Counted from the stretch's first letter, positions 44,721 through 60,713 are shown. The stretch: 64,000 bases of DNA from Eledone cirrhosa (GCA_964016885.1 OZ024762.1:23002001-23066000), one strand, 5' to 3'. The notes: a model not told the origin generated them from the letters alone. Made by a program: numbers and translations.

Positions 44721-44728
44721 TATTTATA
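44721..44728 (-). promoter_or_regulatory. TATA-like box in the pseudo-LTR
   Basis: TATAAATA ~25 nt upstream of the HHR and ~200 nt upstream of the ATG, conserved at 39547 and 27440. Weak evidence in an AT-rich context. Confidence 0.3.
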
Positions 44729-45425
44729 GGTCTCTACAAGTGGTAGGAGAGGGTGGGGAGTGGGATGGGTGCAGGTCATTGGTTGATAGAGAAGGGAATT
44801 CATTAAAGGCTAATTCTACATAGCTATAGTTAATTTATATTTATTTATGTTTTTAGAGTAACAAAGGCAGACAGAAATCTATAAACAAGTTCCGGATGGC
44901 ATACCATTCCTTGTCAATAAGTTTCTCTTAAGCTAGCAGATGTCTATAAAATCAGTGGGGGGTCATTCATGCTCGATAGAATTAAAGAAAAGGGAGATTC
45001 TTTAAAAGCTAAAGTCATTAAGTTCTGCTAAGTGACAAAGGTCTAGGGAATTCTGCAGACAGATTCAAAATACTGAGTGCATATCTTACTATTATCTTCG
45101 AACTTCTCATAAACTAATCAACAATATGCCAAATCAACAGACACATTCACAAAAAAACAAAGAAACCCCCAAAAAACCAAAAAAACAGAAAAACAAAAAA
45201 AACCCACACCTAAAAAAACCCAAAAAAACACACATACTCACTCACACACTTACGCGCAACCATAAACACACACATAAACACAAATACACACATAAAAACA
45301 CACACACATATATAAAAAAAGTATATAAATATATACAAATATATATTCATGTACACGCACATACATACACACATACATACATACATACATATATAAAATA
45401 CATATACACATATACATACGCACAC

Positions 45426-45513
<88 letters not shown>

Positions 45514-45616
45514 TACATATACATATATACACACACACATATATACACACATACACACACACACACATACATACATATATATATACATATATATATACAC
45601 ACATACATATATATAC

Positions 45617-45699
<83 letters not shown>

Positions 45700-45834
45700 C
45701 ACACACACACGGATACACACACATATACACATACATACACACATACACACATATATATACACAAGTAAATACACTCACACGCATACATACAAACACGAGT
45801 ATACATATGTATAAATATCTATACACACACACAT

Positions 45835-45893
<59 letters not shown>

Positions 45894-46010
45894 CATATAC
45901 ACACATACATACACACACACATACACATATATATACACATACATACACATATACATATATATATATATATACATATATGTACATACATATATATATATAT
46001 ACATACACAC

Positions 46011-46059
<49 letters not shown>

Positions 46060-46155
46060 TAAATACACACACACATACATACATACATATATATATATCT
46101 CTCTAAACACACACATACAAATACATATATATATATATATATATATACACACATG

Positions 46156-46216
<61 letters not shown>

Positions 46217-46317
46217 CCATACATACACAAACATACACATGCATACACAGACCTATACATAAATATACACATATATATACAGAGATATAACGCACAAATA
46301 CACACACATATATACAT

Positions 46318-46381
<64 letters not shown>

Positions 46382-46518
46382 GCATACACACACACATACA
46401 CACACACATATATATATATATATAAATATATATATACACACACACACGCGTGCATACACACATACACACACTCACACACAAAATATATATACACACACAC
46501 ATTCTCTCTCTCATGCAC

Positions 46519-46551
<33 letters not shown>

Positions 46552-46558
46552 TACATAC

Positions 46559-46589
<31 letters not shown>

Positions 46590-46840
46590 TGTGTATGTAT
46601 ATATACACAGACACATACAGATACATACATACACACACATACACATACACATACATACACACACACACATATATATACATATATATACATATATATATAT
46701 ACACGCATGCATATACATATACACATACATATACATACACATACGTACATACACACACACACATATATGTACATATACACTCACAAATACACACACATAC
46801 ACACATATATACATATACATACACACAAACACATACATAT

Positions 46841-46885
<45 letters not shown>

Positions 46886-47130
46886 CACACATATACACAC
46901 ATACGCACACGCACACGTATATATACATATATATATATATATAGATAATTTAATATATCAACTAACATAAGCGCACAGATGCACGCCCATGCCAGCAAAT
47001 ACACAGGTTATGTCATAGTACCTAGGTGGTTCAATGCAGGAGAATGCAGAACAATAATATAAAGGACGTAAAATAAGAAAATATTTTTTTAAAAAAATTT
47101 AAAAAAAATTTTTTTCTTACTTAAATTTTC

Positions 47131-47212
47131 ACTCCAACTAATTAGTTTCTGCAATGGGATAAAGACAGTTACGTAATCCAACTGTCGAGAATTCATTGCG
47201 TCATCAGGAAGT
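47131..47212 (-). ncRNA. Type I hammerhead ribozyme with extended stem II
   Basis: ACTTC-CTGATGA-cGCAATG..GACAGTT/AACTGTC..CATTGCa-GAAA-CTAATTAG-TT-GGAGT. Confidence 0.8.
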
Positions 47213-47687
47213 CTATTCTCAGTTAAGTCTCCAGGCAATGCGCGGACACTGGCGGCTCATATAAAAATAATAATAATTCGGTAGATCGAACAGCTTGCGA
47301 GGACTGAATTCTATGTACCGAAATTCTCACTGCTTCAAGTCAAATGGCCGATTCTAAAGAATCAATCACGTGACACAGAGGCTAGTTAGAAGGAATGGGA
47401 TGGTAAGATGACTGACGCCTACTAACACCCCAAAAAAAATTTTTTTAGAAGTGGTTTTGACAAGTTTGCTCGACAAATCAGTGATTTGGAGATAAATATA
47501 GATAATTTAATATATCAACTAACATAAGCGCACAGATGCACGCCCATGCCAGCAAATACACAGGTTATGTCATAGTACCTAGGTGGTTCAATGCAGGAGA
47601 ATGCAGAAGAATAATATAAAGGACGTAAAATAAGAAAATATTTTTTTAAAAAAATTAAAAAAAAATTTTTTTCTTACTTAAATTTTC

Positions 47688-47769
47688 ACTCCAACTAATT
47701 AGTTTCTGCAATGGGATAAAGACAGTTACGTAATCCAACTGTCGAGAATTCATTGCGTCATCAGGAAGT
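47688..47769 (-). ncRNA. Type I hammerhead ribozyme with extended stem II (second copy)
   Basis: Same sequence as 47131-47212. Confidence 0.8.
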
Positions 47770-48200
47770 CTATTCTCAGTTAAGTCTCCAGGCAATGCGC
47801 GGACACTGGCGGCTCATATAAAAATAATAATAATTCGGTAGATCGAACAGCTGTTTTTTTTTTTTTGATCTTATATTTTTTTGATCTTATATTATGCATA
47901 CTCCAGTCCCACAAACTGTAGAGTGCTTCTTATCCGATATCTGCATTGCTTTATTGTACTACAATAAAACTCACCTCCTACATATATATATATATATATA
48001 TATGCATATATATATATATATATATGCATATATATATATATATATATATGCATATATATATATATATATATATATATGCATATATATATATATATATATA
48101 TATGCATATATATATATATATATATATATGCATATATATATATATATATGCATATATATATATATATATATATATGCATATATATATATATATATATATA

Positions 48201-48242
<42 letters not shown>

Positions 48243-48277
48243 TATATATATATATATATATGCATATATATATATGC

Positions 48278-48402
<125 letters not shown>

Positions 48403-48630
48403 TATATATATATATATATGCATATATATATATATGCATATATATATATATATATACATATCTATATATACATATATATATATTCATATATATATATATA
48501 TACATATATACATATATATATAATTATATAAATATATACATATATACATATATATATAATTATATATATACATACATATATATATTTATATATATACATA
48601 CATATATATATATACATATATATATATATA

Positions 48631-49171
48631 TGGTGGCTGCCACCTCGTTTTCGAGTACGGCCACTACTTTATATCCATGTAGGAGAACCCCTACCGATGC
48701 GCTGAACGAGTGTGACTTTCTAGTCCAGCCAGCGACTTGAAAACTCTGGTACAAACACTACACCTGTGACAATTATTGACACATAGTGCTGGGCCCATGG
48801 TACCATGTGACGAGAAGTGCAGAGAGATCTCTAGATATAAAGCAATGCCTGTGCCGTGAAGCTTTTATAGTGAGCAAAGGCACTGCACAAAGCCAGTCCC
48901 ACTCTCTTAACCGAGATGATATTTACCAAAAAGAAGAACAAGTCAACATCATTGGATACCATCAGGGTTGCAGGTGTTATATCAGAGTTTTCCTTCTCCT
49001 AGAATTCTGCCTTGACAAAGGCTAAGGGGTCATCTCTCCCGGTGATTTTGGATGGCCATTGACTCTTAAGAGCTCCTTTGCCCTTTGACAGGTTTTGTTT
49101 TTAGTCCTGCAGGATGTCCAAAGTCACCCTCCTCACCAAGAAACCTTAGTGGGGTTGCCAGTTTAGTCGCC
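48631..49171 (-). mobile_element. RTE-derived non-autonomous element, near full-length copy
   Basis: Reverse complement of ~15586-16126, inserted in (AT)n. Confidence 0.8.
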
Positions 49172-49499
49172 ATATATATATATATACACATATATACATA
49201 CATAATATATATATATACATATACATACATATACAATATATATATGTATATACACATATGTAAACATACATAATATATTTATATATACATATACATACAT
49301 ACACAATATATATATATATAAATATACATATACATACATACACTATATATATATATATATATATATATACATACATAATATATATATATAAATACATATA
49401 TACATACATAATATATATATACATATATACATATATAATATATATATATAAATACATATATACATACATAATATATATACATATATATATATATATATG

Positions 49500-49549
<50 letters not shown>

Positions 49550-49622
49550 CATATATATATATATATAGATATATATATAAATACATATATATATATATAT
49601 ATATAGATATATATATAAATAC

Positions 49623-49696
<74 letters not shown>

Positions 49697-49722
49697 ATAC
49701 ATATATATATATATTCATATAA

Positions 49723-49772
<50 letters not shown>

Positions 49773-49829
49773 ATATATATATATATAAATATATATATAT
49801 CTATATATATATATATAAATATATATATA

Positions 49830-49862
<33 letters not shown>

Positions 49863-49868
49863 ATATAC

Positions 49869-49973
<105 letters not shown>

Positions 49974-49990
49974 ATATATATATTTATATA

Positions 49991-50023
<33 letters not shown>

Positions 50024-50024
50024 T

Positions 50025-50258
<234 letters not shown>

Positions 50259-50327
50259 CATATATATATATATATAGATATATATATAAATACATATATA
50301 TATATATATATATAGATATATATATAA

Positions 50328-50407
<80 letters not shown>

Positions 50408-50433
50408 ATACATATATATATATATTCATATAA

Positions 50434-50685
<252 letters not shown>

Positions 50686-50686
50686 T

Positions 50687-50755
<69 letters not shown>

Positions 50756-50926
50756 TATATATATATATATGCATATATATATATATATATGCATATAAAT
50801 ATATATATATATATGCATATAAATATATATATATATAAATATATATATATGCATATAAATATATATATATATAAATATATATATATGCATATATATATAT
50901 ATATATATGCATATATATATATATAC

Positions 50927-50996
<70 letters not shown>

Positions 50997-51056
50997 ATAT
51001 ATATATATATATATATCTATGCATATAAATATCTATATATATATATATATATATAC

Positions 51057-51102
<46 letters not shown>

Positions 51103-51105
51103 ATG

Positions 51106-51164
<59 letters not shown>

Positions 51165-51168
51165 ATGC

Positions 51169-51210
<42 letters not shown>

Positions 51211-51239
51211 ATATATATATATATATACATATAAATATA

Positions 51240-51300
<61 letters not shown>

Positions 51301-51336
51301 ATATATATATATATATACATATAAATATATATATAC

Positions 51337-51399
<63 letters not shown>

Positions 51400-51467
51400 A
51401 AATATATATATATATATACATATAAATATATATATATATATACATATAAATATATATATATATATAC

Positions 51468-51505
<38 letters not shown>

Positions 51506-51507
51506 AT

Positions 51508-51623
<116 letters not shown>

Positions 51624-51644
51624 ATATATATATATATACATATA

Positions 51645-51685
<41 letters not shown>

Positions 51686-52039
51686 CAGTGTGTGTGTGTT
51701 TCTAATAGACACATAATGCATAGATCATTTCTGAGCTGAGATCTTTCTATAAAAACAATTCTGGAAACACGAAATGACTGGATCAGAAATAAACCATCAA
51801 ACACAAGCAGCTGGATTGTATAATAACTACCATTCTTATACAACACCGCGTAAAACCAATTGCTTTACCTGATATGAACAACGATTTATGAATCTGGCCT
51901 CAGTTTGTGTCTGTCTCACTGTCTCTCTCTCTGACCTCAGTACATTACTGGTACTTTGTTTTATTAACCCCGTAATGATGAAAGGCAAAGTTGACCTCGG
52001 CAGGAATTGAACTCAGACTGTAATCGGAACCGATGCTCA
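51686..52039. repeat. 354 bp unique segment (with SINE fragment) duplicated at 55809-56162
   Basis: Near-identical text CAGTGTGTGTGTGTTTCTAATAGACAC...GAACCGATGCTCA. Confidence 0.9.
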
Positions 52040-52239
52040 NNNNNNNNNNNNNNNNNNNNNNNNNNNNNNNNNNNNNNNNNNNNNNNNNNNNNNNNNNNNN
52101 NNNNNNNNNNNNNNNNNNNNNNNNNNNNNNNNNNNNNNNNNNNNNNNNNNNNNNNNNNNNNNNNNNNNNNNNNNNNNNNNNNNNNNNNNNNNNNNNNNNN
52201 NNNNNNNNNNNNNNNNNNNNNNNNNNNNNNNNNNNNNNN
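52040..52239. other. Assembly gap (200 N)
   Basis: Run of N. Confidence 0.99.
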
Positions 52240-53620
52240 AATGACCACTTCCTTGAGAGTAACAATATGCTGAACTCCAACCAGCATGGATTCCGTAATG
52301 GAAGGGATTGCCTGACGCAACTACTGCATCACTTTGATGACATTTTGAGAGCCTTGGGAGAGGGTTCCAACACTGATGTTATCTACCTTGATTTCAGCAA
52401 GGCCTTTGACAGGGTTGATCATAACATTCTACTGAGAAAGCTGTCCAATATTGGTGTCACTGGAAAGCTGCTGCAGTGGATCAAGAGCTTCCTGTCAAAC
52501 AGAACCCAACATGTTGTAGTTGAGGGAGTCAAATCAAGCCCAGCCAAAGTCAGTAGTGGAGTCCCACAAGGCACTGTGTTGGGCCCACTTCTCTTCATCA
52601 TCTATATTAATGACATCACTGACATCATCAAACACAGCAACATTAAAATTTTCGCTGATGATTCCAAGCTCCAAAAGGTCATCAATGGCGTGGATGACCG
52701 GATAAGCCTTCAGTCAGACCTACTGGCTGTTACCCAATGGGCAGAAAAGAACAACATGTTACTGAACGAAGATAAATTCGAACTGATCCACTTTGGAAAA
52801 GAGGATGCTCTGAAACTCCCGTACTCCCTTCCCTCCGGGGAAACTCTCGTGGCATCTAACAACATCAGAGACTTGGGAGTAACCGTGGACAGCAACATAA
52901 GCTGGACCACGCATATAAGCAGCAAAGTTGACATGGCCCGCAGAATGTGTTCCTGGATCCTCAGAACCTTCCAGTCGAGAGATTCCCGCACCATTATCCT
53001 TCTCTTCTCTACTTTCGCCCGACCACACCTTGAATACTGTTGTCCACTGTGGTCTCCCCACACGAAACAAAGTATCATGAAACTTGAAGCTCCTCAAAGG
53101 GCAATCACGAAAAAGATAGATGGCATGTCAGACCTTGACTACTGGGGTCGATTGGAAAACCTGAAACTTTACTCACTCCAACGTCGCCGTGAGCGTTATA
53201 TTATCTGCATGATGTGGAAAATGTTCCATCATCACTGCCCAAATGATGTTGGCATCGCCTTCAAGATACACCCAAGGCTTGGGCCCCGTGCTATCCGTCC
53301 CATTCAAAAATCTAAATCGCAACTCATAACAACAATACGGCACAATTATTTCACCTCAATCGGCCCTGCTCTTTCAACATCACACCAGGACACGTCAAAA
53401 CAGAAACTGACCACACAAAATTCAAGAAGTCTTTGGACAAATTCCTCCAAGTAATCCCGGACAAACCACCCACACCCGGATATGTCTCCGCAAACAGTAA
53501 TTCTCTTCTCGAATGGGCCATGGTGCCCAAATCCTGAATTGAAAGACTTCGCCAGGTGGTGCTATTAAGTTAGACATGGCCTGGGCCAATACTGGCCAAA
53601 ACATTTCAAAGTTATTCAAA
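52240..53620 (+). mobile_element. CR1/Jockey-group LINE: RT domain and 3' end (5' part lost in the gap; frameshift near 53372)
   Basis: QHGFR, YLDFSKAFD, SGVPQGTVLGPLLF, FADD, DLGV, RPHLEY..WSP and LYSLQRRRER motifs, and a tail (TTCAAAGTTA)2. Confidence 0.9.
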
Positions 53621-53637
53621 GTTATATATATACCTAT

Positions 53638-53675
<38 letters not shown>

Positions 53676-53683
53676 CCTATATA

Positions 53684-53715
<32 letters not shown>

Positions 53716-53772
53716 CATACATATATATATATATACCTATATATATATAGGTATATATATATGTATTATATA

Positions 53773-53813
<41 letters not shown>

Positions 53814-53840
53814 ATATTCTGTATGTATGTATATGTATAT

Positions 53841-53878
<38 letters not shown>

Positions 53879-54108
53879 GTATGTATATATATAAATATAT
53901 ATATATATATATGTATAGATATAAATTTATATATATGTATATATATATATATATTTTATATATATATGTATATATATATATATATATGTATGTATATATA
54001 TATATGAATATATATATATGTATATATATATATATGTATGTATATATATATATGAATATATATATATATGTATGTTTATATATGTATGTATATATATATA
54101 TATATATA

Positions 54109-54142
<34 letters not shown>

Positions 54143-54394
54143 TATATATATATATATATATACATACATATATATATATACATATCTATATATACATATA
54201 TATATATTCATATATATATATACATACTATATCTATATACATATATATATATATATAAATATATATATATATATGTATAAATATATACATACATATATAT
54301 ATATATACATACATATATATATATACATATATACATATATATATAATTATATATATATACATACATATATATATATATTTATATATATACATAC

Positions 54395-54429
<35 letters not shown>

Positions 54430-54583
54430 CACATATATACATACATAATATATATATATACATATACATACATACACAATATATATATGTATATACACAT
54501 ATGTAAACATACATAATATATATATATATACATATACATACATACACAATATATATATATATAAATATACATATACATACATA

Positions 54584-54634
<51 letters not shown>

Positions 54635-54803
54635 CATAATATATATATATAAATACATATATACATACATAATATATATATACACATATACATATATAAT
54701 ATATATATATAAATACATATATACATACATAATATATATACATATCTATGTATATATATGTATGTCTATATATATATATAGAGAGAGAGAGATATATATA
54801 TAA

Positions 54804-54841
<38 letters not shown>

Positions 54842-54990
54842 ATACATATATATATATAATATATATATATACATATAAATACATATATATATATATTCAT
54901 ATAAATACATGCATATATATATATATAATATATATACATATAAATACATATATATATATATATATAACATATAAATATATATATATATAC

Positions 54991-55021
<31 letters not shown>

Positions 55022-55058
55022 CATAAAAATATATATATATCTATATATATATCTATGC

Positions 55059-55112
<54 letters not shown>

Positions 55113-55130
55113 ATATATATATATATATAC

Positions 55131-55178
<48 letters not shown>

Positions 55179-55225
55179 ATATATATATATATATACATAT
55201 AAATATATATATATATATACATATA

Positions 55226-55265
<40 letters not shown>

Positions 55266-55434
55266 CATATAAATATATATATATATATACATATAAATAT
55301 ATATATATATATATATAATATATATATATACTTATAAATATATATATATATACATATAAATATATATTATATATATACATATAAATATATATATATATAT
55401 ACATATATACATATAAATATATATATATATATAC

Positions 55435-55490
<56 letters not shown>

Positions 55491-55562
55491 TTATAAATAT
55501 ATATATATATATACATATAAATATATATATATATATACATATAAATATATATATATATATAC

Positions 55563-55593
<31 letters not shown>

Positions 55594-55694
55594 AATATAT
55601 ATAATATATATATTTAACATATAAATATATATATATATATACATATAAATATATGTATATATATACATATAAATACATATATATATATATTTAC

Positions 55695-55808
<114 letters not shown>

Positions 55809-56164
55809 CAGTGTGTGTGTGTTTCTAATAGACACATAATGCATAGATCATTTCTGAGCTGAGATCTTTCTATAAAAAACAATTCTGGAAACACGAAATG
55901 ACTGGATCAGAAATAAACCATCAAACACAGGCAGCTGGATTGTATAATAACTACCATTCTTATACAACACCGCGTAAAACCAATTGCTTTACCTGATATG
56001 AACAACGATTTATGAATCTGGCCTCAGTTTGTGTCTGTCTCACTGTCTCTCTCTCTGACCTCAGTACATTACTGGTACTTTGTTTTATCAACCCCGTAAT
56101 GATGAAAGGCAAAGTTGACCTCGGCAGGAATTGAACTCAGACTGTAATCGGAACCGATGCTCAA

Positions 56165-56419
56165 ATTGTACTGAAGCAAAGACAATAGACCAGGGGATGT
56201 CCAAAGAGGAAGTAACAACAAAGAGGAAGAACAACCTTCAAAACATTTTTTTAAGAAAACGAAATTCATATATCCACAGACATGGAACTGGATAAAAAGC
56301 GGAGATCTTAAAAAAGCTATAGAAGGATTATTAATGGCTGCACAAGGGGAGCCTTCAAAACGAAGTAGGTGAAACACCATATTGACAAGAAGGAGGCTAG
56401 CTCACTGTATAGGATCTGT

Positions 56420-56487
<68 letters not shown>

Positions 56488-57100
56488 CTGTGGCTGACAT
56501 TGTATCCGAGTGTAAACACCTATCCCAGACTCACTATAAAGGTTGGAGTGATGATATAATAGGAAAGCTGATTCACTGGCATTTATGCAAACTAAATAAT
56601 TTACCACATTCTGAGAAGGTGTATGAGCATAAACCAGAGTCGGTGATAGAAAATGATCAGGTGAAGGTGCTATGGGATTTCAGGATACAGATAGACAAGA
56701 AATTAGAACACAATAGATCTGACCTGGTGGTTTTTTTACAAGGAAAAAAAGATCGTGCCTGATTGTAGATGTAGCTTGCCTCTTTGATACAAGAGTGCAA
56801 GAAAAGGAGAAGAAGGAAATTAACTGATACCAGGATGTAAAGTGGCAATTAAAAAGGATTTAGAACAGTCATGAGGTCAAGGTCGTCCTCATTGTTATAG
56901 GAACACTAGGTATTATGTGAAAGAGTTTTCTTTGGAATACTTCAAAAGGCATGCTTGCTGGGAACAACAAGAACACTCCGATACGTCCTGAATATCTGAG
57001 GCTGCAGGTAGTGGCTTGATGTTCATTTGAACAAACCTTCCAGTTAAATAACATCAATGACTGAGACTCCAACAACAACAACAACAACAATAATAATAAT
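56165..57100 (+). mobile_element. R4/Dong-like LINE 3' fragment 1, decayed, with (CAA)n(TAA)n tail
   Basis: Homologous to 58685-59587. Confidence 0.8.
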
Positions 57101-57212
57101 TGTTTCTACTTTTGGCACCAGCCCAGCAAATACCCAGTACATTACTGGTACTTTATTTTATCTACCCCGTAAGGCTGAAAGGCAAAGTTAACCTCGGTGC
57201 GATTTGAACTCA
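57097..57212 (-). mobile_element. SINE fragment between (TAA)n runs
   Basis: Same core and tail as the other SINE copies. Confidence 0.75.
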
Positions 57213-57229
57213 ATAATAATAATAATAAT

Positions 57230-57623
57230 ATCCACAGACGAAAAGAGAATTTTGAGATCCACAGACATGGAACTGTTTAAAAAGAGAGGGAGAAAATTAA
57301 CCGATACCACTGTTTAAAGTGGGAGTTAAAAAGGATTTGAAATTACCATGAAATAAAGGTCGTCCCGATTGTTATAGGCGCACTAGGTACTATCTCAAAG
57401 AGTTTCCAAGGAAGGTTAAAGAAGATTAGTCCAGCCCCGCTTTTTGGAACACTTCAAAAGGCATGCTTGCTGGAACAGCAAGAACCCTCCGATACGTACT
57501 GAATATCTGAGGCTGCAGGTAGCAGCTTGATATTCATTTCAACAAACTTTCCAGTTAAATAACATCAATGACTGAGACTCCAACAACAACAACAACAACA
57601 ATAATAATAATAATAATAATAAT
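57230..57623 (+). mobile_element. R4/Dong-like LINE 3' fragment 2, internally deleted, with (CAA)n(TAA)n tail
   Basis: Joins the ATCCACAGACATGGAACTG segment directly to the endonuclease end and 3' UTR. Confidence 0.75.
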
Positions 57624-59590
57624 ACCATCACCTCCACATAAACAACATGTTACCGGACGAACAGAAAGGATGCCGAAAGAAGTCCCGTGCTACAAAAGAC
57701 CAGTTACTTATTGATTGATAAGATAGTAATGAGGAATTGCAAGAGGAGACACACTGGATTTGTCATGGGATGGATAGATTACAAAAAGGCATTCGATGAC
57801 ATGGTACCTCATTCTTGGATAACCAAAAGCCTAGAGATCTTCAGGGTGGCAGCTAACATCAGACAGTTGTTGAGCAAAAGTATGAAGTCCTGGAAACAGA
57901 GTTAACATCGGGTGGAGAATCCTTGGGCGGCATGAAGATCAAGAGAGGTATCTCCCAGGGAGATAGTTTGTCTCCTCTGTTGTTTGTCATTGCCCTGATA
58001 CCCCTGACCGTTATCCTGCGAAAAGTGAGAGCAGGATACAAGTTGGGAAAATGAGAGCTTACCATCAACCACCTCTCTTCATGGACGATCTTAAACTCTT
58101 TGGGAAGAGTGAGAAGAGTTGGATGTACTTGTTGAGAATGTCCGTATTTTCAGCAATGATATATGTATGCAATTTGGTATTAATAAGTATGGAGTACTAG
58201 TGATGAAGGGGGGTAAATTGAGCAGAAGCAACGGAATCCAGGTACCAACAGGTGAGATGATAAGGGAAATTAACACTGAAGAAGGATTCACATGTTTAGA
58301 TGTTCTGGAGGCAGATGACATCAAGAACAAAAACATGAAGGAATCAATAAGAGTTGAGTACATTAGGAGAGTAAGGAGAGTATTAAAATCACATCTAAAT
58401 AGTAGGAATGTCATAAGTGCAGTGAATTCCCGAGCTGTGTCTATTATTAGGTACAGTGCGGGAATTCTGAAATGGAATGTTGCTGAACAAAAAGAAATGG
58501 ATAGGAAGACTAGGAAGCTATTGACTATCTACGACATGTTCCACAAGAGGAGTGATGTCGATAAACTCTACTTAAAGAGATCTGAAGGTGGAAGAGGTCT
58601 TATCAGCATAGAGGACTGTGTTCAGATGGAGAAAAACAACCTGCACAAATACGTGACTGACAGTAGGGAGCCAATGCTCAGCATTGTACTGAAGGAGAGG
58701 ACAATAGACCAGGGGATGTCCAAGGAGGAAATAACAACAAGGAGAAAGAGCAACCTTCATGAAAAATCCCTTCATAGTACCTTCTTTAAGAAAACTGAAT
58801 TCAGAGATCCACAGACATGAAACTGGTTGAAAAGAGGAGACCTTAAAAAGGCTACAGAAGGAATGCTAATGGCTGCGCAAGAGCAGGCCCTCTAAACGAA
58901 GTGGTTGAAACACCATATTTACAAGGAGGAGGTTAGCCCACTGTGCAGGATCTGTGGAGAGAGAGAGGAGACTGTGGCTCACATTGTATCCGAGTGTAAA
59001 CACCTAGCCCAGTCTCACTATAAAGGCTGGAGACATGATGTGATGGGCAGGGTGATCCACTGGCACCTATGCAAAGTAAACAATTTACCACATTCTGAAA
59101 AGTGGTATGAGCATAAGCCAGAGTCGGTGATAGAAAACGATCAGGTGAAGGTGCTGTGGGATTTTAGTATACAGACGGACAAGAAACTGGAACAAAATAG
59201 ACCTGACCTGGTGGTTTTGGACAAGGAAAAAAGATCGTGCCTGATTGTGGATGTGGCCTGCCCATTCGACACGAGAGTGCAAGAGAAGGAGAGGGAGAAA
59301 ATTAACCAATACCAGGACTTAAAGTCGGAGGTAAAAAGGATTTGGAACTGCCATGAAGTCAAAGTGGTCCCGATTGTCATAGGCGCACTAGGTACTATCT
59401 CAAAAAGTTTCCAGGGATGGTTAAAGAAAATTGGCCCTGCCCCGCTTTTTGGAACGCTTCGAAAGGCATGCTCGCTGGGAACAGCATGAACCCTCCGATA
59501 CGTCCTGAATATCTGAAGCTGCAGGTAGTGGATTGATATTCATTTCAACAAACTTTCCAGTTAACTAACATCAATAACTGAGACTCGAAG
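57624..59590 (+). pseudogene. R4/Dong-like RLE LINE: RT, zinc knuckle and restriction-like endonuclease; 5'-truncated and disrupted
   Basis: EQKGCR..DQLLID, WIDYKKAFD, GISQGDSLSPLLF, FMDDLKL, LYLKRSEGGRGL, CRICGEREETVAHIVSEC, RHD and RPDLVV..IVDVACPFD motifs, with several stops and frameshifts. Confidence 0.88.
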
Positions 59591-60249
59591 AACAATACTA
59601 ATAACGATAATTGTAATAAAGAAAGGGTAGATGGTAAAATGGTGAATTCTGTTTTCATTTTGTTTACATATTTTTAAAATATTTTCTTCATAATTTGAGA
59701 TTCTTTGAAGTTGGTGCGCCATTGTCTTAGACAAACCAAACTGAATGACAAGAAAAGACAAGAAAATAAGATGAAATATATAACAAAATAATTAATCTCT
59801 CGATACCGCTCGTAGAAATATTTCTCTTACAGATTTCTTCCAGTCGTTCGACTTTATTCTTTTCCTGTTACAATCTTGTTTGTCTCATATATGCATGTAT
59901 AGTTGTGGGTGTGTACACAATATACATATATATATACACACGTGTGTATGTATGTGCATGTGTGTATTTGTGTATGTATATATATGTGTGTGTATTTGTG
60001 TATATATATATATATGTGTTTGTGTGTGTGTGTGGTTGTGTACATATGTATATATGTATGCGTGTGTGGTTGTGTATATATGTATATATGTATGCGTGTG
60101 TGGTTGTGTATATATGTATATATATATGTGTGTGTGTGTATTTATGTGTATATATATAAATATATTTATGTGTGTGTGTGTGGTTGTGTATATATGTATA
60201 TAAATATGTATGTGTGTGTGTGTATCTATGTGTATATATATATCTATAT

Positions 60250-60370
60250 ATATATATGTGTGTGTGTGTATGTTTATGTATATATATAATGTATATATAT
60301 GTATTTATGTGTGTGGTTTAAATGTGTCTATAAGCGTCTATGTATGCGTCTGCTTATATATATATATGAG

Positions 60371-60423
<53 letters not shown>

Positions 60424-60521
60424 AGGATGGCTCCAAAATGGAAGATTGTTTTTGTCTTTAAACTCTTCCATTTTGGAAACATCCTATACTCATATGCATG
60501 GATACATATATATATACATAC

Positions 60522-60556
<35 letters not shown>

Positions 60557-60615
60557 CATACATACATATATACATGTATGCATACATATATACTTACATA
60601 TATACATATATATAC

Positions 60616-60661
<46 letters not shown>

Positions 60662-60713
60662 ATGTATATATATATGTATGCGTGTATATATATAAGTATA
60701 TATATGTATGTAT

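Larger units (their letters stand above)
39389..46940 (-). mobile_element. Penelope-like retroelement, partial tandem with pseudo-LTRs (unit 5173 bp)
   Basis: Direct repeat starting at 39391 and 44564 brackets an RT/GIY-YIG ORF. It contains HHRs, ends in (TA)n, and shows no evident target-site duplication. Confidence 0.92.
46941..47852 (-). mobile_element. Non-coding 557 bp-unit HHR element (retrozyme-like), 1.6 tandem units
   Basis: 46941-47295 is repeated at 47498-47852, with two complete HHRs 557 nt apart and no ORF. Confidence 0.85.
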
